From positions 1 through 43,758 of the forward strand of contig JAAYXQ010000025.1 of the NCBI GenBank assembly GCA_012515825.1: a stretch of DNA of 43,758 nt, read 5' to 3'. The notes under the pieces were generated by a model. It made no database searches. It saw nothing but the letters and a program-made list of their open reading frames with translations, and had not been told where the DNA came from. This document shows positions 10,701-18,500 of this stretch, piece after piece (position 1 is the first letter of the stretch; every line of letters begins with the position of its first letter). This stretch comes from Fibrobacter sp. GTDB taxonomy: Bacteria > Fibrobacterota > Fibrobacteria > Fibrobacterales > Fibrobacteraceae. Both the position numbers and the translations under genes were made by a program.

Positions 10701-11708
10701 TTCAGAAAATCTTCTATAGAAACAGCATCCATTGCGGGAGGCCGTCCAACCAACTTATCTATTCACATCAGTGACTCTCAAAAAGATTCCGTTGCTATTG
10801 TAACAAGTGTTGCAAAATTTCCTTTGACGGCTGATGTTTGGTTACTTGGAACAACACAACACCCAATCCTTCGTGGCGATGTAACGAGTTCTGGAGAAGG
10901 ATTCTTAGGCATTGAAAAACTGTATGAATTTAATTTGGATTACTTCCGAATATATTGGCCTGATGTGGCATGGCAAAAAGGACTTCTTGATGTATCTAGT
11001 TCCCAAGAACTACCTTATTGTAATTCAACAGAAAAAGAGGAAGAAGAAACCTGCCCCATAAACTTAAATATCATGGGAACAGTCACAGCTCCACAAGTCA
11101 TACCGAGTTCTTCTTGTGGCAATGAATCTTCAGCGGGTTCCATGTATTATAACATCTTTCTCGGCTGTATCTCCGATGAAAACACGACAAACTTAACTGA
11201 TTGGAATAAATTAGCAGGTAAAGCGATAGGAAAAGCCCTTTCCTCTACAGCAAATAAAACTCTGGGGGGTGAATATATTGGCGATATTGATATGAAAATT
11301 CAACTGTTTAATTCCGCAGGGACTTCTGAAAAGGATTCTAGTTATTTTAGAGTACCTATTTCCCTCGATCGCTGGGTAAAAGATCTTAGTATCATTTTCG
11401 GATACACACAAGATCAAAGTGAAAACCCTTCTTATGACCAATCACTTGAATTAGGGGTTAATTACACGCTCCCTGTTTTTAATGAAAAGGATCAAAATCA
11501 GCTAGAACACTTAGACCCCAAATTAACACTCAATGGCGTACTTATTTCCAAACAATATATTTCAAATACAGGTACCAGCAACTCTGAAAGCCGCGTAGAA
11601 AAAAATATAGGTTTCAACTATTCTTATCGTTTTTGGACTCCTTGTATTCTTGGTTTTGGGCAATGTAAAGATAAACGAGGCCCTTTTGATGAGGAGGATG
11701 AAAAATGA
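7752..11708 (+). CDS. tamB: TamB-like translocation-and-assembly-module protein (AsmA/DUF490 family)
   Basis: 1318 aa with one N-terminal TM anchor (LIAVAFFAIFVSSVVFTAWTLFYWL), a long beta-rich body, and a DUF490-like C-terminal region (LLGTTQHPILRGDVTSSGEGFLGIEKLYEFNLDYFRIYWPD). ATGA-coupled to an Omp85 gene. The start is a TTG and is uncertain. Confidence 0.7.
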   Translation: MKRNIHILTILWRLSKETDPQHQSSKNKNWSRRLIAVAFFAIFVSSVVFTAWTLFYWLDHFLKEKQTYGSVVVEPFQYSRDHILSHHWDSILVYSPDFSISIQKPHFRIFDLLSSKRSALLKVEHVKCHFSTQPKDSTSAPFSLDSIKIPNIKIPIPVFIELDSSLVEVDSTLFWKTQGLKINNESANNVILSIDTIDGSYLASSLNINAMISLDDIEVASEIKINSINGKDQVKLKANAPKDELRSYKIELEAIVQDPKQWLPENTLPTGIPTLSDLKFKIDFSENEDHSNYIYNGNIQINTSEFWPLEALRNDISFSGDSKEIIAEAFLRNEDGGEIELHGTLDFDLNFNLRGSVKDMSAEFGPQIMPLDVQIHSAVKKGNSIVADIKTRRGSEVKANLSNLDSNLRIDYQARITPTESWALDWTSGNVILEDITHISGYFQDGLLHAHAKIAPVPYAYGMKADSVVTDLVLNEDGIIFPTINIFTPRDSLFASGEVIWAHPKQHTAWELTLPNSSAKAWIDFEDSIKISAETHNIEVASIPLAKSNILNKIKGTVTASWNHNFDSNEGYAEIEASTMLDKFMIEGKMTVKQNQDTIFIQNAKINHDKNAIEAEATFLIPNESTPKGILPVDLLHAWVASHEFDIPLILQPLQDSTFKSAFFSGDLAYNKQFGLQGNINFDRILFNNISEDVLSIHRVNLFTEKDKAELNAYLKIGNGGWNGNTQIILSDLFNSKRHLNISHATETGGTIWTDGFIDTSLTFNGSIQATGSWFLPANAGEITQTDLQIDVKAPLKKGLSGIEAQFYSDKSFYKIPSFNMTIPISLHGKMKDKVVSVANVKTKNELDEEINASVQINLDQMELDAIRFYSEKYSLTYDSIHSIEIKNLFGQMEDFSDEFIISSDLFEIAYNLNSPSIGKASANLRGKLNVNIPHSKENSIENSSVNGFIFIDKAVYEKEIDIDISPKSIDRLLTMFKNTLVKFRKSSIETASIAGGRPTNLSIHISDSQKDSVAIVTSVAKFPLTADVWLLGTTQHPILRGDVTSSGEGFLGIEKLYEFNLDYFRIYWPDVAWQKGLLDVSSSQELPYCNSTEKEEEETCPINLNIMGTVTAPQVIPSSSCGNESSAGSMYYNIFLGCISDENTTNLTDWNKLAGKAIGKALSSTANKTLGGEYIGDIDMKIQLFNSAGTSEKDSSYFRVPISLDRWVKDLSIIFGYTQDQSENPSYDQSLELGVNYTLPVFNEKDQNQLEHLDPKLTLNGVLISKQYISNTGTSNSESRVEKNIGFNYSYRFWTPCILGFGQCKDKRGPFDEEDEK

Positions 11709-13576
11709 AACGCTTTATTTTAATCTTTTTCTTGTTTTGTTTCGTATCCCTCTTCGCAAACGATAAAATAAAAAATCCATGGTATGTCGAGTTTTCAGGG
11801 AATAGCCTATTCTCTACTTTTCAATTGACCGACAATTTAGATGTACCAAAAGAATTCGGTCAAATGGATACGACAAAGCAAGATTTCCTAATGAAGCTTG
11901 CAAAAGAAGGGCTCACTGGGCTTTATTATGCTCAAGGTTATTTTAGTGCTGATATCAACTTAGAAATTCAACGAGAATATTATTCGTTAGATAGCGCTCA
12001 ACGAGGTTATCTTTTTTATATCACAGAAGGCCCTCAATATACGTTAGATTCGATTCATATCACAGTAAAAGAAGGGAACAGAGAGCTTGAAATCAACAAG
12101 CATCGATTAAAATCCAATAAAAAAAGTGCGTACAATTCCGAAGCTATTATTGAAGATTTAGAATACATTAAAAGCATTTATCGAAAAGAAGGGTATTTAC
12201 ATACCACCATTGATTACAATGAGCTTTTAGATACACTTCAACATGTCGTGATGTTACAAGTTCGTATTGATCCCAAAACACAAGTTTTAATGGGAAAAAT
12301 AAAGAGTAAATCATTCAAACCCCTTAGTAAATCAAATACAGAAGCTCCTCAAGAAGAAGGACTTTCAGATACCTCTTGGTTAAATTCTCTTTGGAGAATT
12401 CCTTCAGAAAGTTTAATTGATGGAGAACAATTTAGTTCTTTCAAAAACAAGCTGTTTTCGACCCAATTATTTACTCAAATCAAGCTTGAAGATTCATTAC
12501 GAGCAGACGGATTTTCCGACGTTCACCTTCAAGTAATTGAACGTGTTCCAGGAGAAGCAAAGTACTCCATTTTCTTTGAAGAATACTATGGATTTGGTGG
12601 TAGCGCAAGCCTTCGCCATAAAAACTTTTTTGGCTCTTTTCATGAATTTTCGACACACCTGTTTGTCGCTCAAAATAAGCAAGAAATCGCATTAGGGTAT
12701 GCTAACCCACTTTTATTTGGAACAGCATTAACATTCATACCTACTGCCATTCGATTTGAAGATCGTCTTTCATTTAATCATGAAAAGATCACACCTCCAG
12801 CTTATCCTGATAGCGTTGAAGAACGAATGGAAGTCATTAATCGTGGTGATATCACCTTTGGATTATCTTCAAAAATTCGATTTCGTGGCACCCTAGACTC
12901 TCGTTTTGTGAATAAAAATAATGACCAAATCTTTAAGTTTAAATACGAAAACGCCCTTACTTTTGATTTTACGGATGATTTTTTCAACCCGAAAAAAGGG
13001 ATTCGATTCATACCCACATTAGGTGCAGGTATCAACTTACAAGGCACTGAAATGATCGGGAATCCCTATACCTATGGTGAATTAACCACAAACCTCTACT
13101 TCCCTATTATAGGAACACTTCTTGGAGCCATTAGTGGTAGTGGCGGCATATTCTTTAATGAAGCTCTTGAAGATGATGCCCGTATTTTTTATCAAGGTGG
13201 CGCAAGATCGGTGCGTAGTTATCGCTTTAGAAGTATCTTTGCAGGCTATGAATCTGTAGAAGATGGAGACACCTTAATTAATACCAGTTTAACTCCCAGA
13301 TACTTGAGACTAAATCAAGAATTACGTTTCAATATTCCAAGTGTTTCATGGAAAAACTGGCAAATTGTCCAATTCTGGGATTGGACAAAAGTCATGGATA
13401 AAGACAGCGACTTATTTAAGGAGAAAATGTCTGCAAGCGTAGGTCTTGGTATTCGCTATCACTGGCAATTCTTAACCCTTCGACTGGATTACGCTTTCAA
13501 AAAAGATTTTGGAAGCGCATCTCCAGAAGGATTTGCATTTAACCGTTTTACGTTTGATCTATCTCAAGCATTCTAG
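11705..13576 (+). CDS. Omp85-family outer-membrane protein (TamA/BamA-like, POTRA + surface-antigen beta-barrel)
   Basis: Signal peptide (FVSLFA-ND) and a POTRA-like N-terminus. Barrel motifs (GGARSVRSYRF, VGLGIRY, LRLDYAF). Terminal aromatic residue (...DLSQAF). Confidence 0.8.
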   Translation: MKRFILIFFLFCFVSLFANDKIKNPWYVEFSGNSLFSTFQLTDNLDVPKEFGQMDTTKQDFLMKLAKEGLTGLYYAQGYFSADINLEIQREYYSLDSAQRGYLFYITEGPQYTLDSIHITVKEGNRELEINKHRLKSNKKSAYNSEAIIEDLEYIKSIYRKEGYLHTTIDYNELLDTLQHVVMLQVRIDPKTQVLMGKIKSKSFKPLSKSNTEAPQEEGLSDTSWLNSLWRIPSESLIDGEQFSSFKNKLFSTQLFTQIKLEDSLRADGFSDVHLQVIERVPGEAKYSIFFEEYYGFGGSASLRHKNFFGSFHEFSTHLFVAQNKQEIALGYANPLLFGTALTFIPTAIRFEDRLSFNHEKITPPAYPDSVEERMEVINRGDITFGLSSKIRFRGTLDSRFVNKNNDQIFKFKYENALTFDFTDDFFNPKKGIRFIPTLGAGINLQGTEMIGNPYTYGELTTNLYFPIIGTLLGAISGSGGIFFNEALEDDARIFYQGGARSVRSYRFRSIFAGYESVEDGDTLINTSLTPRYLRLNQELRFNIPSVSWKNWQIVQFWDWTKVMDKDSDLFKEKMSASVGLGIRYHWQFLTLRLDYAFKKDFGSASPEGFAFNRFTFDLSQAF

Positions 13577-13592
13577 TTTCTGAGACTAGACT

Positions 13593-13624
13593 AAAAAAGC
13601 CCTCGTAGAAAACGAGAGCTTTTT
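13593..13624. terminator. Bidirectional rho-independent terminator between convergent genes (Omp85 gene / ettA)
   Basis: A6-GCCCTCGT-AGAAA-ACGAGAGC-T5. The stem is 7/8 on the plus strand and 8/8 with one G.U pair on the minus strand. Confidence 0.7.
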
Positions 13625-13653
13625 AAATGGTTTAAATAGCCTTAAAAACAACC

Positions 13654-15342
13654 TTAACGAGAAAGCGTTTTATAACGAATAGGCTTTGGATTATCAGCAT
13701 CTTCACCTAAACGTTTACGACGATCTGCCTCATATTCACTCCAGTTGCCTTCAAACCAAACTACTTTTGAATCTCCTTCAAAAGCTAATATATGAGTGGC
13801 TATTCGGTCTAAGAACCAACGGTCATGCGAGATAATCACAGCACAACCAGCAAAACGTAGAACCGCTTGTTCCAAAGCCTGAAGCGTTTCCACATCCAAG
13901 TCATTCGTCGGTTCATCCAAGAACAACAAATTCCCTGGTTTTTGAAGATTTTTTGCCATTAACACGCGATTTCGTTCACCACCAGATAAGACCGAGAGTT
14001 TTTTCTGTTGATCAGCTCCAGTAAAATTAAATAAGCCACAATAGGCACGACTATTCATTTTCCTTTCACCAAGAACTATTTCATCTCGTCCATCAGTAAT
14101 GGTTTCCCAAACTGTTTTAGAATCATCCAAACTATCACGACCTTGTTCCATCGAAATAATTTCAACGGTTTCACCAATTTTTAATTCGCCTGCATCAGGA
14201 GTTTCCGTTCCCATGACAAGCTTAAACAAAGTCGTTTTACCAGCTCCATTGGGGCCAATCACGCCGACAATTCCAGATCTAGGAAGTGTAAAGGATAAAT
14301 CATCAAATAAAAGTTTATCGCCAAATGCTTTACGGAGGCCACTTGCTTCAATTACCTTATCGCCAAGACGTTTCCCATTTGGGATAGCAATTTGAGCGAC
14401 CTTAATCTGTTCACGCTGATCTGCAGCAAGTAATTCCTCGTATGCTTTAAGACGAGCCTTGCTCTTTGCTTGACGAGCTTTTGGACTTTGTTTCACCCAT
14501 TCTTGTTCTCGAGCAAGCCGTTTCTGGCGATCCGACTCCCCTTTTTCTTCATTTTTCAAACGATCCAATTTTTGATCAATCCATTCGGCGTAATTACCCT
14601 GCCAAGGAATTCCTCGACCGCGATCGATTTCTAAAATCCAATTAGTCACATTATCTAAGAAATAGCGATCATGTGTGACTAATATAACAGAGCCCTTATA
14701 GTCTCTTAAGTGACGTTCCAACCAAGCCACAGATTCAGCATCTAAATGGTTTGTAGGTTCATCTAAAAGAAGTAAGTCTGGTTCTTCTAAAAGTAATCGA
14801 CAAAGAGCCACGCGCCTTTTTTCTCCTCCCGAAAGATGAGTAACAACAGCATCTCCTGGAGGGCAACGTAAAGCGTCCATCGCAATTTCAATATTGCGTT
14901 CAAGACTCCAAAGATCTTGAGCGTCAATGATATCTTGAAGTTTTCCCTGCTCTTCCATTAAACGATTCATTTCATCATCAGATAATTCTTCGGCAAATCG
15001 CATTGAAATTTCGTTATAAGAATCAAGGATGGCCTGTTTTTTCTTCACAGCAAGCATCACATTTTCTTTCACCGTTAAATTTGGGTCTAATTGAGGCTCT
15101 TGAGGAAGATACCCAGCAGTACGACCTGGTTCAATCCAAGCTTCTCCCTGAAATTCTTTATCAATCCCCGCCATAATGCGCAGTAAAGTGGATTTTCCAG
15201 AACCATTGGGGCCTATGATACCAATTTTAGCTCCATAGAAAAAACTTAAAGAGATATCCTTTAAAACTTCCTTGTTTGGAGGATACAATTTAGTCATGCG
15301 GTGCATATAAAAAATAAACTTCTCTGGTGTTTTTTCAGCCAT
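13654..15342 (-). CDS. ettA: Energy-dependent translational throttle protein EttA (ABC-F ATPase)
   Basis: 562 aa, collinear by eye with my recollection of E. coli EttA (FIFYMHRMTKLYPP..., LSGGEKRRVALCRLLL, ITHDRYFLDNV, IPWQGNYAEW, GPNGAGKTTLF, ISHDRWFLDRIATHIL). Confidence 0.95.
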   Translation of the reverse strand: MAEKTPEKFIFYMHRMTKLYPPNKEVLKDISLSFFYGAKIGIIGPNGSGKSTLLRIMAGIDKEFQGEAWIEPGRTAGYLPQEPQLDPNLTVKENVMLAVKKKQAILDSYNEISMRFAEELSDDEMNRLMEEQGKLQDIIDAQDLWSLERNIEIAMDALRCPPGDAVVTHLSGGEKRRVALCRLLLEEPDLLLLDEPTNHLDAESVAWLERHLRDYKGSVILVTHDRYFLDNVTNWILEIDRGRGIPWQGNYAEWIDQKLDRLKNEEKGESDRQKRLAREQEWVKQSPKARQAKSKARLKAYEELLAADQREQIKVAQIAIPNGKRLGDKVIEASGLRKAFGDKLLFDDLSFTLPRSGIVGVIGPNGAGKTTLFKLVMGTETPDAGELKIGETVEIISMEQGRDSLDDSKTVWETITDGRDEIVLGERKMNSRAYCGLFNFTGADQQKKLSVLSGGERNRVLMAKNLQKPGNLLFLDEPTNDLDVETLQALEQAVLRFAGCAVIISHDRWFLDRIATHILAFEGDSKVVWFEGNWSEYEADRRKRLGEDADNPKPIRYKTLSR

Positions 15343-15396
15343 GATAAAATCCTATAAAAAAAAGAGACTTATTAAACTTAAAGATAATAAAGGTTA

Positions 15397-15430
15397 CCTA
15401 TAATGTTTTTATAAAAAACACCTTTATAGG
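15397..15430. promoter_or_regulatory. 34-nt imperfect palindrome in the ettA / primase-helicase divergent intergenic region; it contains a TATAAT hexamer
   Basis: CCTATAATGTTTTT-ATA-AAAAACA(CCT)TTATAGG. TATAAT lies at 15399-15404 on the plus strand. No convincing -35 element was seen. Confidence 0.3.
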
Positions 15431-15500
15431 AAGGAATTTCTTTTTATTCGTGGTTCATTCGAAATAAATCTTTTATATTAAAAGACAAAAGAGGCTAGCT

Positions 15501-17222
15501 ATGGAAGACCCAAAAAAACTAATAAATCAGTTCTTAAAAACAAAACACTCCCCAAATGAAGTCAAAGATTCTCTCTTTAAGGCTGCAGAAGCAGCTTTAT
15601 CAGAAGGCTGGACTTATATGGAAGCGGCTTTTCAACTAGGTAGTAAGGCTCAAGAAGAAGGGCTTTCCGAAGAAGAATCTGAATCAATTATTAGAAGGGC
15701 TTTTGCCTCTGAAAAGAGAACAAAAGAAAGGGCCCCTGACTCATCAGAAGCTCCAGTAATCATGTCCACACAAGCATCGCCTTCTGTAGCCCATGCTTCG
15801 CCTACGTTCGCCGCTGGCATGATCCCATTAGATCAAGTCCTAGCGATGGGATTAGATACTCAATCCATAGAATTACTTCAAAACCATCGTATTGATCCAG
15901 AAGCTCTTTCCATTCCATGGCCTGCCACAGACTGGCGTAAAGATTTAGCGAAGTTAGTAGAAATTGCTTTCCATCCAGATGAAACAATTGACTTCAAGAT
16001 GTCTAATACACCAGAATCAACATCAGAGAAAATAAGTAATATCGTTAATCAATCTGATGCGATCAAAAAAATAATGAAGAGTCTCGATGGTCCCGAAGGA
16101 GCTTTAATTAGCATTAATGCAACTCACGGCGGCCCAGACGCCACGAACGAGAGTTATCGCTATCGTTATGTAGTAGTCGATAACCCTAAGATGAGCTTAG
16201 CAAAACAGCTAGCTTATTATAAAGCTCTAAATTTACCTTGCATCGCGCTTGTGAATACAGGAGCAAATTCCGTACAAGCATGGGTTAAAATTAACGCCGC
16301 CGACTTAGAAGAATACCACGAACGCGTCGACTTTTTATTTTCCACTTTAGAAGAACAAGGTTTTCCTGTAAATGCCGCGAATAAAAACGCAAACCAAATG
16401 GTGCGTATGCCAGGAGTCCTTAGAAACGGAAAGCAGCAATACTTAATTGGTTTAGAACAAGGGGCAAAAGACTTTCTTGAGTGGAAAGAATGGGTAGAAT
16501 ACTGTCTTGACGGTAAGCCGCTTATTGAACTTGCTAGTGATAGTGAAAAACCACCTAAAAAAGATGACCCGATTATTCAAAATGCTCTTCGGGCTGGCGA
16601 ATTTATGCTCTTAACAGCACCTCAAAAAACAGGCAAATCATTTGCATTACTTGATTTAGCACTATCGATTTGTTATGGAGAAGAATGGCTCGGTTCAACA
16701 ACAACAACAAACGATGTTTTATTCATTAATTTTGAATTCACAAAAGCGACGTTCTTAAATCGTCTCCATTTAATCGCAAGCAAAAGAAATATTCCCGCAA
16801 CAACATCCAAGCTCGGTTTCTTAAATCTTCGAGGCATGACTTTATCTCCTTTAGAAATTGCTCAGTTAATCGCTAAAAGAATCGAAGGAGCAAAAAAACT
16901 TGAAAATCATGATTATAAAGTGGTGATTATTGATCCAATTGCTTCTGTTTTACATAATCCGAAAGCCATGAGAACCACTGGGCCATCTCATCAAATTCTC
17001 ATGCAAATGGTAGATACGATCATCGCCTTAACAGGAAGTGCCGTTATTACAGCAAGCAATACGGATGAATTTCCCTACTTAGAAACACATGCCGATAGCG
17101 TCATTTCATTGAATCCAATGGAAGGTTGTCCTAATGTATTTCAAATTCATGGTACTTTTAGGGAGTTTGCGCCATTCCTTGCCAAAGAATGTTCTTGGAT
17201 TTTTCCTAGATTTATAATCTAA
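15501..17222 (+). CDS. Fusion protein: RepB'-type (IncQ-like) primase domain + RepA-type/AAA_25-like P-loop helicase domain
   Basis: The region around aa 195-315 (ALISINAT...YRYVVVDNP...CIALVNTGANSVQAWVKIN...QMVRMPGVLRNGK) parallels my recollection of the RSF1010 RepB' core (VYIRPA...LVLVDDL...ALVVETSPKNYQAWVKV...GRLAGFTNRK). The C-terminal half has Walker A APQKTGKS and Walker B KVVIIDP. AGAGG RBS upstream. Confidence 0.65.
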   Translation: MEDPKKLINQFLKTKHSPNEVKDSLFKAAEAALSEGWTYMEAAFQLGSKAQEEGLSEEESESIIRRAFASEKRTKERAPDSSEAPVIMSTQASPSVAHASPTFAAGMIPLDQVLAMGLDTQSIELLQNHRIDPEALSIPWPATDWRKDLAKLVEIAFHPDETIDFKMSNTPESTSEKISNIVNQSDAIKKIMKSLDGPEGALISINATHGGPDATNESYRYRYVVVDNPKMSLAKQLAYYKALNLPCIALVNTGANSVQAWVKINAADLEEYHERVDFLFSTLEEQGFPVNAANKNANQMVRMPGVLRNGKQQYLIGLEQGAKDFLEWKEWVEYCLDGKPLIELASDSEKPPKKDDPIIQNALRAGEFMLLTAPQKTGKSFALLDLALSICYGEEWLGSTTTTNDVLFINFEFTKATFLNRLHLIASKRNIPATTSKLGFLNLRGMTLSPLEIAQLIAKRIEGAKKLENHDYKVVIIDPIASVLHNPKAMRTTGPSHQILMQMVDTIIALTGSAVITASNTDEFPYLETHADSVISLNPMEGCPNVFQIHGTFREFAPFLAKECSWIFPRFII

Positions 17223-17223
17223 A

Positions 17224-18438
17224 ATGAAAACTATTACAGAATTATCTCAAAAAAAAGACCTCCTATTGGATTGGGTCCGAAAAGAAAAAATCCCTGGAAA
17301 AATACAAGCTTGGTATTCTTTGGAATCCGAAAGCACTCACTGTGATTTTCGGATCATTCAAATCAGGCGTGGTTCAAAAGAAATGCTTTCCATTGAGCCT
17401 CCAGTTCCTGGTATGGCCACTCCTGAAATGGTTCAAGCTATCTACGATCAACTTCGCAAAGAGCACTTACATATTCTTAAGAAGGCCATTATTCAAATCT
17501 GGATTCGAGCTTCTGGTCACGGTCAATTTGGAGTTCTAGTTCAAGCCAATTTAAGAAGTGCAGCAACAACCAAAGCCTATAAAAGCTTTGTTTCTTTCCT
17601 AGAACGGACCTTTCCAGAAATCGTTAGTTGTCACCACATTCAAACATACCCATTCACCCTTTTCGATCCAGCTCAAAACGATTCTCCAATAAGAATCGAT
17701 CTCAAGAATGATTTTGGAAATTCTTTTTTGCCTATAGGAAACACCCCATTTTCTTATCATATTGTGGACTGGGCACCAAAATGTAAAGCCGCTTGGATAC
17801 AACTTCCAGAAAGAATAAAGAATTTTATACATCCAACCGCAGAAGATCGTTTACTCGAATTTCACGCAAGTAGTGGCTACCTAGGAGCAAGTCTATCGCC
17901 TTATTTTAAATCCGTAGATAGCGTGGATATGTATGACTCGGCAAAACAAATGGCTATAAAAAATGCACATCAATTGCCAAAAGCAAACATGAAAGTGCAT
18001 CGTGAACGCTTAAGCGAAAAATGGATTCTTTCTTTTTTCAACATCCCTGAAAACGAAGGGAAATGGACTATTTTATTTAACCCACCTGCAGGGAAACCTC
18101 TCCCTACAGGAGTCATCATGGCTACTGCTAAAGCTTGTCCAGAAAGAATTCTTTTTATTTCTTCGAATTTAGAAGAAGCTGCTAAAGAAATTAAAAGATT
18201 TCGAAGAGAAGGTTATATGTTAAGAAAAGCCTTGCCGATGGATCTAGAACCTGGTACTAAATCATTTGAAGTACTGTTTCTATTTGTCCCTGACCGTGCA
18301 GGAATTTTAGGTGATAAGAAAACTTTTTCAACAAAAAAAGAGCAAAAAACGAATTCTAAACCTAAAAAAGAGGTAAAAATAGGAGAAATTCCTCATTTTG
18401 TACAAAGGAAAAAACCTACTTTCTCTAGAAAAGATTAA
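17224..18438 (+). CDS. TrmA/RlmD (RNA uracil-5-methyltransferase)-like fold protein with degenerate catalytic motifs and a basic C-terminal tail
   Basis: The scaffold motifs appear in the family order: LEFHASSGYLG (motif I-like), VDSVDM...IKNAHQ, WTILFNPPAGK (for DPPRxG), ILFISSNLEE (for SCNPxT; Cys replaced by Ser314), SFEVLFLF (for HxE). The tail is Lys-rich. The gene starts 1 nt after the upstream stop. Confidence 0.5.
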   Translation: MKTITELSQKKDLLLDWVRKEKIPGKIQAWYSLESESTHCDFRIIQIRRGSKEMLSIEPPVPGMATPEMVQAIYDQLRKEHLHILKKAIIQIWIRASGHGQFGVLVQANLRSAATTKAYKSFVSFLERTFPEIVSCHHIQTYPFTLFDPAQNDSPIRIDLKNDFGNSFLPIGNTPFSYHIVDWAPKCKAAWIQLPERIKNFIHPTAEDRLLEFHASSGYLGASLSPYFKSVDSVDMYDSAKQMAIKNAHQLPKANMKVHRERLSEKWILSFFNIPENEGKWTILFNPPAGKPLPTGVIMATAKACPERILFISSNLEEAAKEIKRFRREGYMLRKALPMDLEPGTKSFEVLFLFVPDRAGILGDKKTFSTKKEQKTNSKPKKEVKIGEIPHFVQRKKPTFSRKD

Positions 18439-18500
18439 ATTAAAAGATAAATTCAACGTAACCTCTTAGTATACAAAGAGTTACAAAAGGTAAACTCACA

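Noticed and set aside
14099-14395. 98-aa plus-strand ORF inside ettA; similar antisense or out-of-frame ORFs at 22262-22591, 27928-28230, 29418-29735, 37663-37986, 2984-3232, 23360-23659 and 43271-43522
   Set aside because: All lie wholly within strongly supported genes on the other strand or in another frame. Their products have no recognisable motifs, as expected for chance ORFs in AT-rich DNA.
16507-16516. TTGACGGTAA inside the primase-helicase gene matches the first 10 nt of the terminal repeat core
   Set aside because: It is a single 10-mer match inside coding sequence. A given 10-mer is expected roughly 0.1 times by chance in a window of this size on both strands, and I searched only after seeing the motif. 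The match is too weak to link the gene to the repeat array.
15343-18500. Integrated plasmid, prophage or ICE carrying the primase-helicase
   Set aside because: I see no integrase, recombinase, excisionase, tRNA target, flanking direct repeats, relaxase or capsid genes, and no obvious compositional shift by eye. It is kept as a hypothesis inside the finding, not annotated as a mobile element.
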